Source: Octopus vulgaris (taxonomy: Eukaryota). Taken from it: 64,000 bases of DNA. Position 1 is the first letter of the stretch. Each line of letters begins with the position of its first letter. The notes beneath the pieces are model-generated. The model searched no databases and was not told the DNA's origin. It saw only the letters and a list, made by a program, of their open reading frames with translations. The position numbers were made by a program, and so were the translations under genes. This document shows, piece by piece, positions 27,581 through 41,772 of this stretch. The stretch covers positions 43,648,001-43,712,000 of the forward strand of contig OX597820.1 in the NCBI GenBank assembly GCA_951406725.2. Direction: 5' to 3'.

Positions 27581-28160
27581 CACACACACACAAACATATA
27601 CACACACGAACGTATGTTTATATATATATATATTTGTATTATATATGTATGTATGTATAGGAGAGGAAAAATTATAATAAGTCAGAATGCTAAATTGAAA
27701 GTAAATTTTAATAAAAATGGGTGTATGAAAAATTAAAAAAGAAAAGATAATAAATCAAACCAGCTTTCATGCAAGGCAAATTTTCAAGATTTTGGAAGGG
27801 GAAATTTTTTTTTTATAAATTGAAGAAGGGGAAAAAAGAAATTTACAATGTTTTTACAAAACATTTATAATACATATATACAAAAATTAATAAATAAGTA
27901 TACCAATACATTGTAGAGTCTTTATACTTTTAGAGTTCAATAATAGACCTTGGAAAAATTTCTTTGGAGGATTAGGATGCATGTTTTCAAATGTAGTGTT
28001 TAGTTTAAAAGAGTTGGGTGAATGTGTGTCAAAACAGGAAATGGGGTAGGAGTTATCCAGTTCCTGTGAGCAAGGGGAGACAATTCTGTGCATTATATGC
28101 TCTTAAATTGGAATGATGCATTTTTTTGTCAAACAGGATGCTTTGTCATATATATATATA

Positions 28161-28289
28161 TACGACGGGCCTCTTTCACTTTCCGTCTACCAAATCAACT
28201 GGCAAGGCTTTGCCCAAGGTGCCACGCAGTGGGACTGAACCCGGAACCATGTGGTTGGTAAGCAAGCTACTTACCACACAGCCACTCCA
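28161..28289 (-). mobile_element. SINE family A, 5' part with internal deletion
   Basis: cccaaggtgccacgcagtgggactgaacccggaaccatgtgg. Confidence 0.88.
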
Positions 28290-29075
28290 TACATATATAT
28301 ATATATATATATATAAACAGACAGACAGAGAGCTGTTCTTTATTTAACATTTTCATATTTAGATTCTTTCTTGTTAGTTTGGACCAATAGTATTCCAGAG
28401 TCTGTTTCCGACTTTTTCAGTTCTTTATAGTCTCATTTTCAAGAAATGAATACCTTCGCAACATTTGAGTTTCTTATATTCTGGATGAATTCGTGTATAA
28501 TTTCCCATCAAATGATGTTGACTATTAGCCTTATGCATCACCAGACACGTCTTCATTTATTTGTGACTGTCATATTTTAACCCGTTACACTTTTATTCTT
28601 AACGCGCGCATGTATGTGTGTGTGTGTGTGTGTGCACGTGTCAGAGGTCACGTGCGAATTTGTGATACATGATAATTTCAGAATTGTATTGCAAAATGAC
28701 TATGGTTTTTGCAATCGATCTTTAAATTTTGAGTGGTAGTGTCATATTCCTACGTAAGAGCGTTCTATTGATGCACGGTACTGACGTAGAGACGATCACG
28801 GAACTATCAGCTGGAGAGTCTACATTAATTCAACCAGTATGTAAGAAGCAACATGGTTGGTAGGTATATGAGAGTCTGCAGTTCTGGAAACGTCTGAGTT
28901 AAAAATCACGACCTCTATTGTTCCGTATCAAACTTTAAAAATCTAGCAAAATAAAGCATGAAATATTTGAAGTAAGATGGAAGATAAAACCCGAATATGG
29001 TCTTGTATTTCATGAAACATAATGTGCGGGAGAGAGAGAGAGAGACAGAGTGAGATTCAATGGATGTGTACATAA

Positions 29076-29174
<99 letters not shown>

Positions 29175-29190
29175 GTATGAATGTATATAT

Positions 29191-29249
<59 letters not shown>

Positions 29250-30851
29250 CGTACGTATGTATGTATGTATGTACGTATGTATGTATGTATGTATGTATGT
29301 ATGTATGTATGTTTGGAATTAAGAGCTGCATATTGATAGCTGAAACCTGCAAGCCAGCGGGAGACTGACGGAAGAATCTCGAGTTTTCCGTTCTCTGCAA
29401 ATCGATGAGACAACAACATCTAAGAAATGACTTAGAGAAGTATAGACTGCAAATATTGATGCAGTCTGCGGAGGGAAGGAAAGTTTTGAAAACGATGCGG
29501 GAGAAGGTTCGCATTCTGTATGTCGGAAGTGACGGCGCTTAAGAAAAAGGATGTGCTCACAGTGGCAGACAAAATAATAGACGGAGGAGGTATGCAAAAC
29601 TTTCTGCATCAAACTTTTTAAATCATTGTTTATCCTCGAACCCCCACCGTCACAAATGCTGGAAGAAATGGCACCTATTCTGATCAGTAAAATTGAAAAT
29701 AACCTCAAACCAGTGAAAATATCTCATAGCAATAGAAATGTTAAGATACGGAAGTGAAGAGCTGTGGAAAATGGTTGCTCTACGCTTCCATCGCTATTTG
29801 AAGGAGGGTAAAAAACATGATAAAGAAGACGCTCCATATACCCTTTGTCTCACCTTTATAAGCTGTTTACAAAGATCATAGTCACTGGACAATAAAAAAA
29901 CCTCGACTTCGAACAGCCGAGAGAACAACTGCCTAAAGATGATGTTGAAAACACCGTCTATACACGGAGCAAGCAAGGGGATCTCCAGGGTGGAAGTAAG
30001 CCCCGGCGATTCATTTATTGTATTTGGCTATTGTAATGCAGCAAAGGGTCTTGGCTTCGATAATTGTTAGTCCCATAAAATAAATTTCGACTCAGTTGTT
30101 ATACATTTACTACAGATGAAGATACAGCGAGGCACATTTACTTCCATTTCAATTCAGCTAGAGGACCTACTCGGGGACCACGAGACTAAATCATTAACCC
30201 GTAAAAGTTTAAACTGCCACAATGAATCAGCGTCAGAATCTCGGGTGTTCATTATGGCTATTGCCTGCCATAAGATAAAGTACCGCACATTCGGTATCAG
30301 TTGAGTTCTCCAAGGGAACCCCCTAGGGCTGGCAGTGAGCCCATTTGGACCACTTTTCAAATACATATTATGGTAACAGCAAAGCATTTTAACTTTTGGA
30401 AATAACAGTCAAATTTAACGAAAGTTGATGCATCGGTTACCTATGCCCTGCGAATGAAAAAGCGAATTTCAAAATTCACCTGGCTAAACTTTTGTTTGCT
30501 ATGTTAACTTTAGGATGATTGAATTTAATTTTGCACCTGGTTGTCTCTCCTGAGTAATTGCACCACAACTAAGTGTGGAACAGGGAGTTAAATTTTTTTT
30601 CCGTGAACTTTGTCGCCATTTCACATTCATAACCAAGAAAGCGCAATTTAACCCAGGTGTAAATTTTAACGCCTACTGTATGTGGATTGTTAATTACCCC
30701 CACAGAATTTCTTAATTGCCACCACACTCAGAAATTTGGAACGCGTCTGGTCGTCCAGGACGCAATACCTCATGTTACTGAGGCAACCATACTTACAGGA
30801 TGTGCTGCACGGAATTTCGTCAGTGAACAGGTCGCGGCTTCAAAGCGACGG

Positions 30852-31216
30852 AACCACATGGTTCCGGGTTCAGTCCCACTGCGTGGCAACTTGGGCAAGT
30901 GTCTTCTACTATAGCCTTGGACCGACCAAAGCCTTCTGAGTGGATTTGGTAGACAGAAACTGAAAGAAGCCGGTCGTATATATGTATATATATATATATA
31001 TGTGCGTATATGCTTGTGTGTCTGTTTTTGTCCCCCCAACATCGCTTGACCACCGATGCTGGTGTGTTTACGTCCCCGTAACTTAGCGGTTGGGCAAAAG
31101 ATACCGATAGAATAAGTACCAGGGTTACAAAGAATATGTCCAGTGGTCGATTTGCCCGACAAAAGGTGGTGTTCCAGCATTCCCACAGTCACATGACTGA
31201 AACAAGTAAAAGAGTA
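30852..31216 (+). mobile_element. SINE family A, nearly full length
   Basis: aaccacatggttccgggttcagtcccactgcgtggc...catgactgaaacaagtaaaagag. Confidence 0.92.
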
Positions 31217-31270
31217 ACTGTTTTTGTGTGTTTTTAAGTGGCTTATGAACACCTTCCACGCTGCAATGTG

Positions 31271-31326
<56 letters not shown>

Positions 31327-32834
31327 ACATACCTACACAATCTATTTTATACAAATAACCGAAGCTTAGTGACCATCAAAAATTAAATGTTTTTTTCTAC
31401 ATATGTACACAAATACACAAAATGGCAACATTCATCTAAATTAATAGTTGCAGTAAAAAAGTGGCAGGATTATTTCCAATTGTTAATAAATAACAACAAA
31501 AAAAAACGGTTATTTTAATTTAGATATATGTAAATATTTTTATATCATGTATTATCAGTAGTTTTTCAAAGAATTAACAGATGGTTTTCATTATGTTATT
31601 ACCGGGACTGAGTTAGTTCATTATTGAGTACTGGAATAAGTGAAAAATATCTTATCTATTTAGATATTAAACAATTAGGGTGGTAACACTTGAGAGGGAC
31701 AGAAAGAGAATGCACGTTCTAGAAAAGACGAAGACGAGTATATCTTTACTAGTGAATATTTGAAAAAGAGACTCATATTTCTTTATCAGTATGTTGAGTA
31801 ATAATTTTAAGAATTATACAAAAAGTATTATATCGCTAAAATAATCTAAATATGAAATATTTTACTGGTTGTTTCGTAAGTGAATATATGAGTAAGTAAA
31901 TATATAACCAAACTTTAAAATATTTTATCATGGAGAATTTATGCGTGGCAAATAAAAAGGACCAGTAAAGAACGAAAAAATAGACGAGTTATGTTGGTTA
32001 CGATAAAGGAGACAAAAGACAGTTGAAAACGTAGTGCGTTGAGGTGTGAGTTTAATAACATGGAATTCCTTATTGTTAAATATATGTATCATTAATAATC
32101 GTGTATAATGGTATTGCTGGTGACATGAGATTAACATGATGAAAATTGTAGTTGCTTATACAAGTACTGAAAGGATTAGTGTGATAAATACACAAATAAA
32201 TATAAATTGATTTAAGATAAGTAATTAAAGAAAAAGAAAGATATATAAATATGATTTATTTATAAATAAGACTGAAAGTTCACACACAAAGAATTGTGTA
32301 AACATAAATTTACTATAAATATGGGGAAGAAATGAACACACTTGGAAACGTGTAGCAGCTAAACCAAACTGGATATTCATCAGAAATTCCATACGCTCGA
32401 AGTTAAATGAATTATTGGGAGTTAAAATGAAATAATTTATTTATACATTAATTTAAAGAATGGTTGCAAGGAACTAAAGGTTCAGCGGTTTGAGTTATAA
32501 AAGTTCAATCAAAGGCGTTAGTTGCTTGGAGAATGAATTTATTAAAATTTAATAATATTGGTAGCTAGTGGTATAACTGGTTATACATTGAAGTTAATAA
32601 AGGGTATCCATATGTGTTTGTGGGGGGGGGTGAAAATTTCTTTCCATATATTACATATGTGCATTTGTTTACACAGGCACACACGCACATACATAAACAC
32701 ACACAAACACACACACGCGAATATATTTATATACTTATGTATATATATATTTTTTTCTTTCCTACATATGTGTGTGAGTGTACATATAAAGTGAGAGAGA
32801 GAGAGAGAAAGAGACATATTCGTATATATAGATA

Positions 32835-32985
32835 TAATTCCGCGGAGGTCGACTTTGCCTTTCATCCTTTCGGGGTCGATAAATAAGGTACCATTTTCGC
32901 ACTGGAGTCGATGTAATCGACTTAATCCGTTTGTCTGTCCTTGTTTGTCCCCTCTATGTTTAGCCCTTGTAGGTAGTAAAGAAAT
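32835..32985 (+). mobile_element. SINE family B, single internal unit without head
   Basis: aattccgcggaggtcgactttgcctttcatcctttcggggtcgat...agcccttgtaggtagtaaagaaata. Confidence 0.88.
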
Positions 32986-33479
32986 ATATATAGATATAAT
33001 TCTTTGTCATTTAAATCTTAGGCACAACCGCAAAGGACAAGTCTTTCAATTTGTATAGCCGTAGTACATTAACAGCTTGAAGGAAACAATTCGTTTACTT
33101 CTGTTCCATTTTTCCTTTACGCTACCGACGCTCCAGCATGACATTTCTACGTGTAACGAACAAGAAAACAAGATTTAAAAATCTCGTCTTGCAAGGAATC
33201 TGTTATTTGGTCTGCCACATCGAACGTTGGCAGTCATATGCAACTTAATAATGTAGCAGGTCCGTTCTATGATCAAGAAATCTATGTTTTTGTATAGCAT
33301 GTTGATTGTCATTTAAACAATAAACTATGATAGGTATATACCTAGGCTGAGTTGTCATTTTTGCTTTCGTCAGTGTCAACATAATATCTGTAAACAAATG
33401 TGTATGAGTTGTATGTATGTTTGTCCGTTTGTAAGATCTTTGAAAGATTTGGATGACACTGCATAACCATAATTGCTGC

Positions 33480-33610
33480 CAGTTTCAACAACCCCCTTTC
33501 AGACGGCTCTCCATTAGAAATTGGTGTAATGCAGGGCTGTGTTATCTCTCCTCTCTTCATTACATCTTTGCCATGAATGCTCATTTGAGTTGTAGAACAC
33601 AGCAATGAGG
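33480..33610 (+). mobile_element. Non-LTR reverse transcriptase fragment
   Basis: Translation SDGSPLEIGVMQGCVISPLFIT contains the RT GxxQGCxxSP motif. Confidence 0.65.
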
Positions 33611-33869
33611 AATATTGCCTTTATATCTGCATCTGTAACAAGAGTAGCCAACTAAATTCGAGACGCACTTCTACAGCAAAGCACTGTAGCAGCTAAACTG
33701 CGAGATAGTCGTTGCCTAAGAACACACGCTGCTCGCTTAGATTCAACCCGGCTTTCATTTCTTTCTCTCGAATGATGATATGCACCCTGAAAAATTGTCA
33801 ATTTCAAGGGAATGAAGAGATTGCTGAATATTCGCCTCAAAATGAATTGCAGGACGCCTTCCAATATTG

Positions 33870-34087
33870 GTTTCAGTTTGGCGCAAGGTCAACAGTTTCG
33901 GGGGAAAAGTTAAGTGGATTACATTGACTCTAGTGCTCAACTTCCCAACTAGTACTTTGCCTTTTGTCCTTTCAGGGACGAAAGGCAAAGTTGACCTCGA
34001 CGGAATCTGAACTCAACGTAAAGAAGGACGAAATACCGGTCAGCATTTTGCCTGGCGTGTTAATGATTCTGCCTGTTCGACGCCCTA
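33870..34087 (-). mobile_element. SINE family B, diverged monomer
   Basis: gacgaaaggcaaagttgacctcgacggaatctgaactca...gattctgcctgttcgacgcc. Confidence 0.8.
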
Positions 34088-34283
34088 CGACGCGTTCTAA
34101 TATTGAAAAATCGTTAAGAGGGCTGTATCACCACTGAGAAAACCAATTTTGAAGGATAAAATCTGAATGAATTGCAAAAATTGGAAGTGAAATGTCATTT
34201 TCTAAAGGTAACTGGTCTCTCTACAATCCTTGCGCATGTCTGTATGTATGTGTAGGTATGCATTTATATGTGTATGTATGTGT

Positions 34284-34328
<45 letters not shown>

Positions 34329-35763
34329 TGTGTCTCTGTGTGTGTGTGTGCGTCTGTGTCTGTGTGTTTGTGTACGTGTGTATCTATGTGTGTTTGTGGC
34401 CAATGGTTAAATAATACGTTTCACATTCTCATTACAACATCTGTCAGGCAGCATATTGTTGTTTGGTACAGACAAGAAAATGTATGTACTGTCATAGAGG
34501 TCAGCTCACCTGCTCATGTGAAGTATCTCTTTAAAAATCAAAGAGAAATAAGATAACTATGGATAACTTCTTCGAAACATCCAGCTTCATTATCCGGTTT
34601 ACAAATTTACATTTATAGCAATAATTATTAGAGAACATGGTTTTGTATGGAAATACCTGTCAGTCTGGATAAGCTTGGATTTTCAGAAAAAGGAAATAAA
34701 CCACCCGCTTCGCTTGTTATCTTTAGATTTTAAAAAAAAACCACCTCTTTCAAAAAAAAAACTGTGTCTATTCACTGCTCATATAATTTTAATTGATCGA
34801 ATATTTTCATCTCACTTTATTTCATATGTGAGACCCATTGCGTTTCTATTTGGCTTACAGAAACCCTATTAAAATATAGTTCCCCTGTGCCGTATTTTCT
34901 ATCTTCTATATATTCTGTAATGACAATAAAAACTGCAGCTAAGCGAAATATTTCCAGCCTTTTACCGAGATCGAAACTGCATTTAGTATTTATCGAAGTA
35001 AGTGTCTGAGTACTCGGTAAGCAAATCGAGGCGAGTGTTATTAGCCCGGGGTCGTATGAAAGCACATATCACCTTGCTTTTGTACTGGTGTCTACTACGT
35101 CTATATTAATGAAAGTATGTGAGAAGGACATCGCCGAATCATATGTTGTTGCTGAATACTTTTATAATGTAAAGACGCCTCAGAAGAAAAAAATATGATA
35201 AAGAGAAACTAAAAGGAGGAACGTGCGATAAGATGAGGGGTTGGTCTTAAGTCTTGCTATCTATAAAGTGTGAAACTCAGTGTTGTGCAGAATCCGTAAG
35301 TACTTCACACAATGAACCAATCTTCAATCAATCATTTCATGCATATTTTACATAACACTAAAGGGACACACAGTGTATACAATTTGTTAAGATTAGTTCT
35401 TCTTAGCCAATGAAATCAACTGACTATATTCATGTCGCTTTAAGGATTTTTATCATATTACACGAATGTCATACATTGATAAACATATACGAAATACAAA
35501 TTTCATTACTATCTCACCTTCCTTCTAAAGCAAACTCAGACACTAAAGGACATAATTAAGCAACTACTATATGTATATATAATTCATGATTAGCATTAAA
35601 CTCTCTATAAGAGAGTAACTGTGACATAATTAATTGTGTCGACATCAGCATTGTACTGAAACTAAATATATTGATTTAGTCAAAGACCTAACGTCATGAA
35701 CATTCATTTCAACAAACTTGCATAAATGTGTGCAAATATGTGTGTGTATATGTATGTATATAT

Positions 35764-35829
<66 letters not shown>

Positions 35830-36448
35830 AAGGAGAGAAGGAGAGAGACATACATAAATATATATGGATATATGCATATGCATATGCATATATATATATT
35901 TGTATGTATGTATGTAGGTATGTATTTATGTGAGTATATGTGTGTGTGAGAGTGTGGGAGTATAAACTTATCCGATCGTGTGAATAGATAAGATAAAAAT
36001 GCCCACTGGTTATGTGAGCACACACTACAGCAGAATTTACACAAAGAATAAGATTGTGCATATACATTTGAAATGATTGTCAATATATCTATTGTACTCA
36101 CTGAATGACCATACACAACTGAAAAGTTCACAAAGGGTAAATATATGCTTCATTGAATTTACAGCTAGTTGCGGCCTATATTTCACAGCAATATTCGTCT
36201 ACACATTTTAGTTGTTAAATTGCAAATACACGTATAGTAATGTCTTAATATAAGTTTTAAGCAAGATTTTCATTTGTTTCTACAGTTAGAATATAACGCT
36301 TTTGTCTCGGTTTCGACGTGTGAACGTCTATTTCTTTCATCAAGTCTGCAACCTGGTCATTGACGTAACTGTCTGTGTACAACTATATGGTTACTTATAC
36401 ATTAATTCATGGGACACACACACACACGTACATATACACACATATATA

Positions 36449-36610
36449 CGGGAGGATGCTAAAAATTTCGCTTAAAGGGTGTCGTGAAAGGCCTGGCTGG
36501 AAGCTCAATATTCCGAGTTCTTTTACAGGGCTTAGAAAAGCTGAAGGCCCGCTGTAATAAGTGTGTACCTCTGAGAATTGTCCATGCCAGGACGTTTTCA
36601 GCATCCCGCC

Positions 36611-36613
<3 letters not shown>
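36449..36613 (+). mobile_element. Mariner-derived MITE
   Basis: ta|cgggaggatgctaaaaa ... ttttcagcatcccgccatg|ta; interior resembles a mariner transposase C-terminus (G LEKLKARCNKCV). Confidence 0.65.
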
Positions 36614-36673
<60 letters not shown>

Positions 36674-36849
36674 TGTATGTATGTTATCCCAGTTACCTGA
36701 GTTACCTTTTCCTAGAAGGATGCCCTGACAAAGGCTAGAAGTCCTTCACTCCAAATCGTTTAAACGCGCGGTCGGGTATTCAATCCGATTATTTCTATGT
36801 CTCCGCGCATGATACAGCCTTAAGCCTTAAGAAAAAAAATTATTACACA

Positions 36850-37300
36850 TTTATTGAATGGCCGTTGACTCTCCAGAGTTCCTCCGCCCTTTGAGAAATC
36901 TCGAGTTGCACATGGGTCTTCCTTTGATGCTGACATGAAATGTCTGTGCAAGACCCTGCATCAGTAAAGCTGGACTCAAGAGTCATCTTCGTAGTCATAA
37001 AACGAGACAGATGAGTGACAACCTGGCCACTGGTGATGGAGTAACACACCATACCAATCATATTTTACGGGCATGTGGAAGAGAGTGTAATTCGGCAGGA
37101 GGACTTAAACGACATACAAAGGTACATGAAACCCAGTTACAACTACAGCCGCCTATTACCAGTAAAGGTTTTAGTTGCCAATTTTGTTCAAGACATTGCA
37201 GATCTTTAGCTGGGCTAAAAAGTCACATTCGATCACAGCACCAGTAACAGTTAAGCTTCGTGCAATGGCCATACTCGATAACGAGGGGACAGCCATAAAA
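36850..37300 (+). mobile_element. RTE-like LINE 3' end carrying three C2H2 fingers
   Basis: (*)NVCARPCISKAGLKSHLRSH, ACGRECNSAGGLKRHTKVH, CQFCSRHCRSLAGLKSHIRSQH*; short tail ggccatactcgataacgaggggacagcca, then a microsatellite. Confidence 0.7.
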
Positions 37301-37849
37301 TAAATGTATGTATATATGTATGTATGTATGTATATATATATCTTATACATACATGGCGATTTCTGTTTGTCGATCTGACTGTTACTGTCTTGCTGCCGAC
37401 ATCAGGGAACCAATCTTGACGAAACTTTGCATACATGTTAAACTAAAATCCTGTTCAATTATAGGCTAATTAGATTTCCATAAAACTATATAATGGGCAC
37501 CCTAGGTAGGTTGGGCTATTATTTGATAAAATGACAAGGGTGCAAGAGTATGAGGGAAATGTGATGGCATAGTGAGTGCAGGGTCATCACGTAACCGTTA
37601 GAAGCCACCTGCAACTTTTGTTTCGAAGCTCATCCCTTCAATCAAAATTCATAATCTACGCACCTTTTATTCATTGCTATATTTTACTTTATTCTATCTG
37701 AACTTCAATATTCCACGTTATCATAAATAACAACTCTAAAAGTACAAGTTAAATTTATTTAGGTCTATTGCAAATTTCAATAAGTAAAATTTCCAGATAT
37801 GAATACAAAAGCACTTTTATAATCCATGCGACTTTCAAAGATAAGCACG

Positions 37850-39830
37850 GCGCACTTTTCACGTCACATAATCATTTATCAGTCCAAAATAATCAAGCTC
37901 AGATCTAAGTTCGTGTTCAATAGATATCTTAGATAATCCACAAAGTCTTTCCTGTGCCAGAGTGGACCGCAAGTATGATTTAATCAACATTAATTTGGAA
38001 AAGCTGCGTTCTCCGCTTGCACACTCATAGGCATTGAAAGGATAATTCGCAAAGCCACTAACACATTAGGGAATATGTTTATATTTCTGAACATAATCGA
38101 CCACGTCGCGGACTTCAGGTGATAGAAAATGCTCTTCCGCTAGCCGTATCTTCTCAATATCTACCTTGACAACGCCATCATCGGTATGTATTTCTGGCGG
38201 CGAGCTGGCAGAAACGTTAGCACGCCGGGTAAAATGCTTAGCAGTATTTCGTCTACCGCTACGTTCTGAGTTCAGACTCCGCCGAGGTCGACTTTGCCTT
38301 TCATCCTTTCTGGGTCGATTAAATAAGTACCAGTTACGCACTCGGGTCGATATAATCAACATAATCCGTTTGTATGTCCTTGTTTGTCTTCTCTGTGTTT
38401 CGCCTCTTGTGGGTAGTGCAGTGTTCCAATAGCTTCTGATTTTCCTAGTGTTTCAGAGAGGGAATGTTGTAAAGAAACGCTAAGATGTCGTTATGCTTAC
38501 TAAACATATCAAAGCGCTCACCATATTAGACAAAAAAATCATATATATATATATATATATATACGACAATGTCGATTGTATGAAAAAAATGCACTTTGAA
38601 AGTTGGCAAAGCATGAACGAGAGGTTCATCTTCACTTTCGTATCCAAAGTTGTGTAGTATACGATGTGTCCTTTCACTTGGTATCTCCGCCAGTATCTCC
38701 ACTTGTTCACATAATTCGGTTGCAACGTTGACTGCCGATGAGGGAAATGTGTCATTTTCTCAATAGCTGCGCAGCAAGGACCGTGTGGCTGAGGTAATCC
38801 ACTGGGTAACGTCATTTTGCATGTTTTCATGATGAAATAACTTGCTGGCCTTATTGATATCAATTAGCAGATCGCACCATATTATCAAACTCAGAAGAAA
38901 ACGTAAAGAAACAATTACTGCAGCTAATACGTTTGCTTCTGTGTAAACATTGGAATCTTTGCCTTTCGAAGCATTACAAATGCTTATCAACCCGCTGTGG
39001 GTGTCCTTGGTTTTGAATCGAAGAGTCTTTAAGCTTCCAGTCTTACCTTCCCAGCGAGTGTCTAATGGATATGTCAAAGTGTTCCATCTAGAAGTTGATG
39101 CTGCAGACAAGGAATATACAACCTGAAAGTAACCAAAGAACGAGACAACCATCACTGATGAGTTTGGTGCATCGCACACAACAAGGTTTAGTCTCTGATT
39201 CGTGTAAGGTAAATAGAACACTCACGGATTCTTCTGTAGAAGTCTTGCTTGGACGCCAGAATGTTTTCCCTTCATATTACTGCCATTATTATAACTTTGG
39301 CCACTACAGTCCATCAGATCCAAACCCAAGGAAGCAAGCTTCTCCAAGAGCAATTCAGACAGTCCAGCTCCGCTTGTGTCAGAAAATTTCAAAACCTCAA
39401 CAAAGGACTCTTTGATTTCGGCTTTATCTTTTTGAAGTTCAACGAAACGGATGATCATGGCAATTTTCTCCTGATGGCTGATATCTTGCGTGCAATCGAG
39501 TATAATGCTGTAGTATTCAACAGCCTTCGTCCGATTGGTGATATGTTTCAAAATGTTGTCAGAAGTGAGTAATATCAATTCATTTTGACTCTCAGGTCCC
39601 CAATAATAAGCCACTGTTTCTGATTTTAAATATATCGCAGGTGTTCTGTCCAAATGGGAACGAACATTTCAAGTAATTACACTTCACCTAAAAAAATTCG
39701 AATACCATGGACGTAGAGCCTATTAGAAACACCACGAAATGTCATATTTCTCTCTGCTAAAAACAGAACAATTCAAATTTGGTATATTGAAATAATTTCC
39801 CACGTTAAATCCCATCGATTTTGTTATTTA
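37850..39830 (-). mobile_element. hAT transposase pseudogene (ZMYM1/DUF4371-like with hATC dimerisation domain)
   Basis: LAERNMTFRG, SQNELI, YYSIILDCTQDISHQE, FV...TSGAGL, GQSYNNGSNMKGKHSGVQARL, LSAASTSRW, DTRW, FLLSLIIW, IFPNVLVALRIILSMP, GERSFSKLMLIKSYLRSTLAQERL. Confidence 0.93.
38196..38420 (+). mobile_element. SINE family B inserted into the hAT relic
   Basis: ggcggcgagctggcagaaacgttagcacg...gccgaggtcgactttgcctttcatcc...cttgtgggtagt. Confidence 0.9.
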
Positions 39831-40244
39831 TTTGTTCCAGAGAAATTGCAGAAAAATGTTACCTAATAAGAAAGCAGGATTTGGAAGCTGTCATTTCCTG
39901 TATGATAGATGTGCATCACAAAATGAAAGCAAAATCATTACGTAGAGGAATTTTTATTAAACAAACGAAAGGAAAGCATTACGACAACCAAAATTGTAAG
40001 AACAGCTGAAGTTTGAATAAGTTTTAATGAATACAGTCTTGTGAAACGGTCGAACAGATATGTACATAGTTTAAAAAGGAAAAATAAAATCCTCCACAAT
40101 TTTTTTCAGGTTAAATTGCATAAATCTGTCCTGATTAAGAGGCATATCTGTCGGGTAAGACATGGTCTGTCATAGAATAAACAAAAATTTATATAAGACA
40201 TTCTGTTGTAAGAATTGCCCGGCAATGACGGGTTATTCAGCTAG

Positions 40245-40314
<70 letters not shown>

Positions 40315-40727
40315 AGTGGCTGATTAGCAATTTTAACCTAAGGGCAAATTTATAAATGTCACTAAAGTGATAAGGGTACAGAGTGGTACCAGCATTGCTC
40401 GAAAATAAAAACCATAATGACTCATTAGCCACAAAAAGCAAGCCACAATTCTACCGTTTTGATACGACACATGTCTTCAATGGTTTTTCGTATAAGCTGA
40501 CGAGACAATTTGAGTTTAACCCTAGTTGCAGTAAGATCTACTGAGAGAATTGAGATACTCTGCCTCAGAATTCGAAATCACCTGATATGGGTATATCTGC
40601 TACTTCAGTAGGCAACTTTGTCTCCCTCGTTAAAATATTTGTGGCTGAGTCGTTTTGACTCTTATTTCTAGCAATGCTGAGACCATTTTGTTACCTTGTC
40701 AATCTAGTGACGTTTCTATATAAATAT

Positions 40728-40843
<116 letters not shown>

Positions 40844-41488
40844 TGTGTGTGTATGTGTGTGTGTGTGTATGTATAATTATAAAGAATATTGTTGAGTGAC
40901 TCAGAAGTTTCGGACAGTGAGGCCATCGTCGGACTATTTAAGAATAATAAATTTGTACTCTAAAAAATTATAGACCAGGACATCGGAATAATGTAACTTT
41001 TTTTGTTTATTCTAACTGAAAATACAACCAAACATTTACTCAAATACACCCGCATATATTTATATATATGTATATACACACATACATAGATATATAAATA
41101 TATATATGTATTTATACACACAGACACTTACACACACACACACATGCACATATATATATATATATATATATACATATATATTCCAACAGTGTCATCTTGG
41201 GTTCACATGCACAGTCCAGTACCTTGCACGAGTATCTTAACACCGGGCAGACCAAAGACGTGTGAATGTACTTGGTAGACAGAAACCGAAAGAAGCCATT
41301 CGTGAATATATACATATTTATGTGTATATATATACATACATATATATGTCAACCACAGTAATGTACTCAATACATAGCAGAGTAAAATTAATTTATTATA
41401 TAGAAGGAGTTCTACAGGACTAGTACTGTTTCATTCAAGAGAAATCTTCAGGAAGCTTCCTATATATATATGAAGCTCCTTCTATATA

Positions 41489-41556
<68 letters not shown>

Positions 41557-41772
41557 ATAGTAATGGTAAGTCAACAAAAGAATGAAAGAGATGTCAATAT
41601 TATGTAACTGGAGGAATTTATCTGTAATATAATTTTCGGTTACCATAATACATAATAAAACTTCGAGTTTCGGATGTCCGGGTGGAAATACATAAATCAA
41701 AAAATATATATATTTATAAAACACATAACTGATAACTAGATCTCAAAAAGTATATAATATAATAAGTAAAAA

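Larger units (their letters stand above)
37341..40244 (+). mobile_element. Candidate Helitron-bounded block
   Basis: 5' a|TCttatacatacatggcgatttctgtttgtc...accaatcttgacgaaactttgc; 3' hairpin-like cccggcaatgacggg then ttattcagCTAG|t. That the two ends belong to one element is inferred. Confidence 0.55.

Noticed and set aside
29310-30400. GC-richer ORF-bearing segment (similar cases at 7000-7400, 8560-9900, 46000-47300, 51480-52080)
   Set aside because: Probably very old LINE or DNA-transposon debris; only ambiguous motif hints, so not classified.
39222-39653. Host gene ZMYM1-like CDS
   Set aside because: Multiple stops, frameshifts and a SINE insertion; it is a dead hAT transposase.
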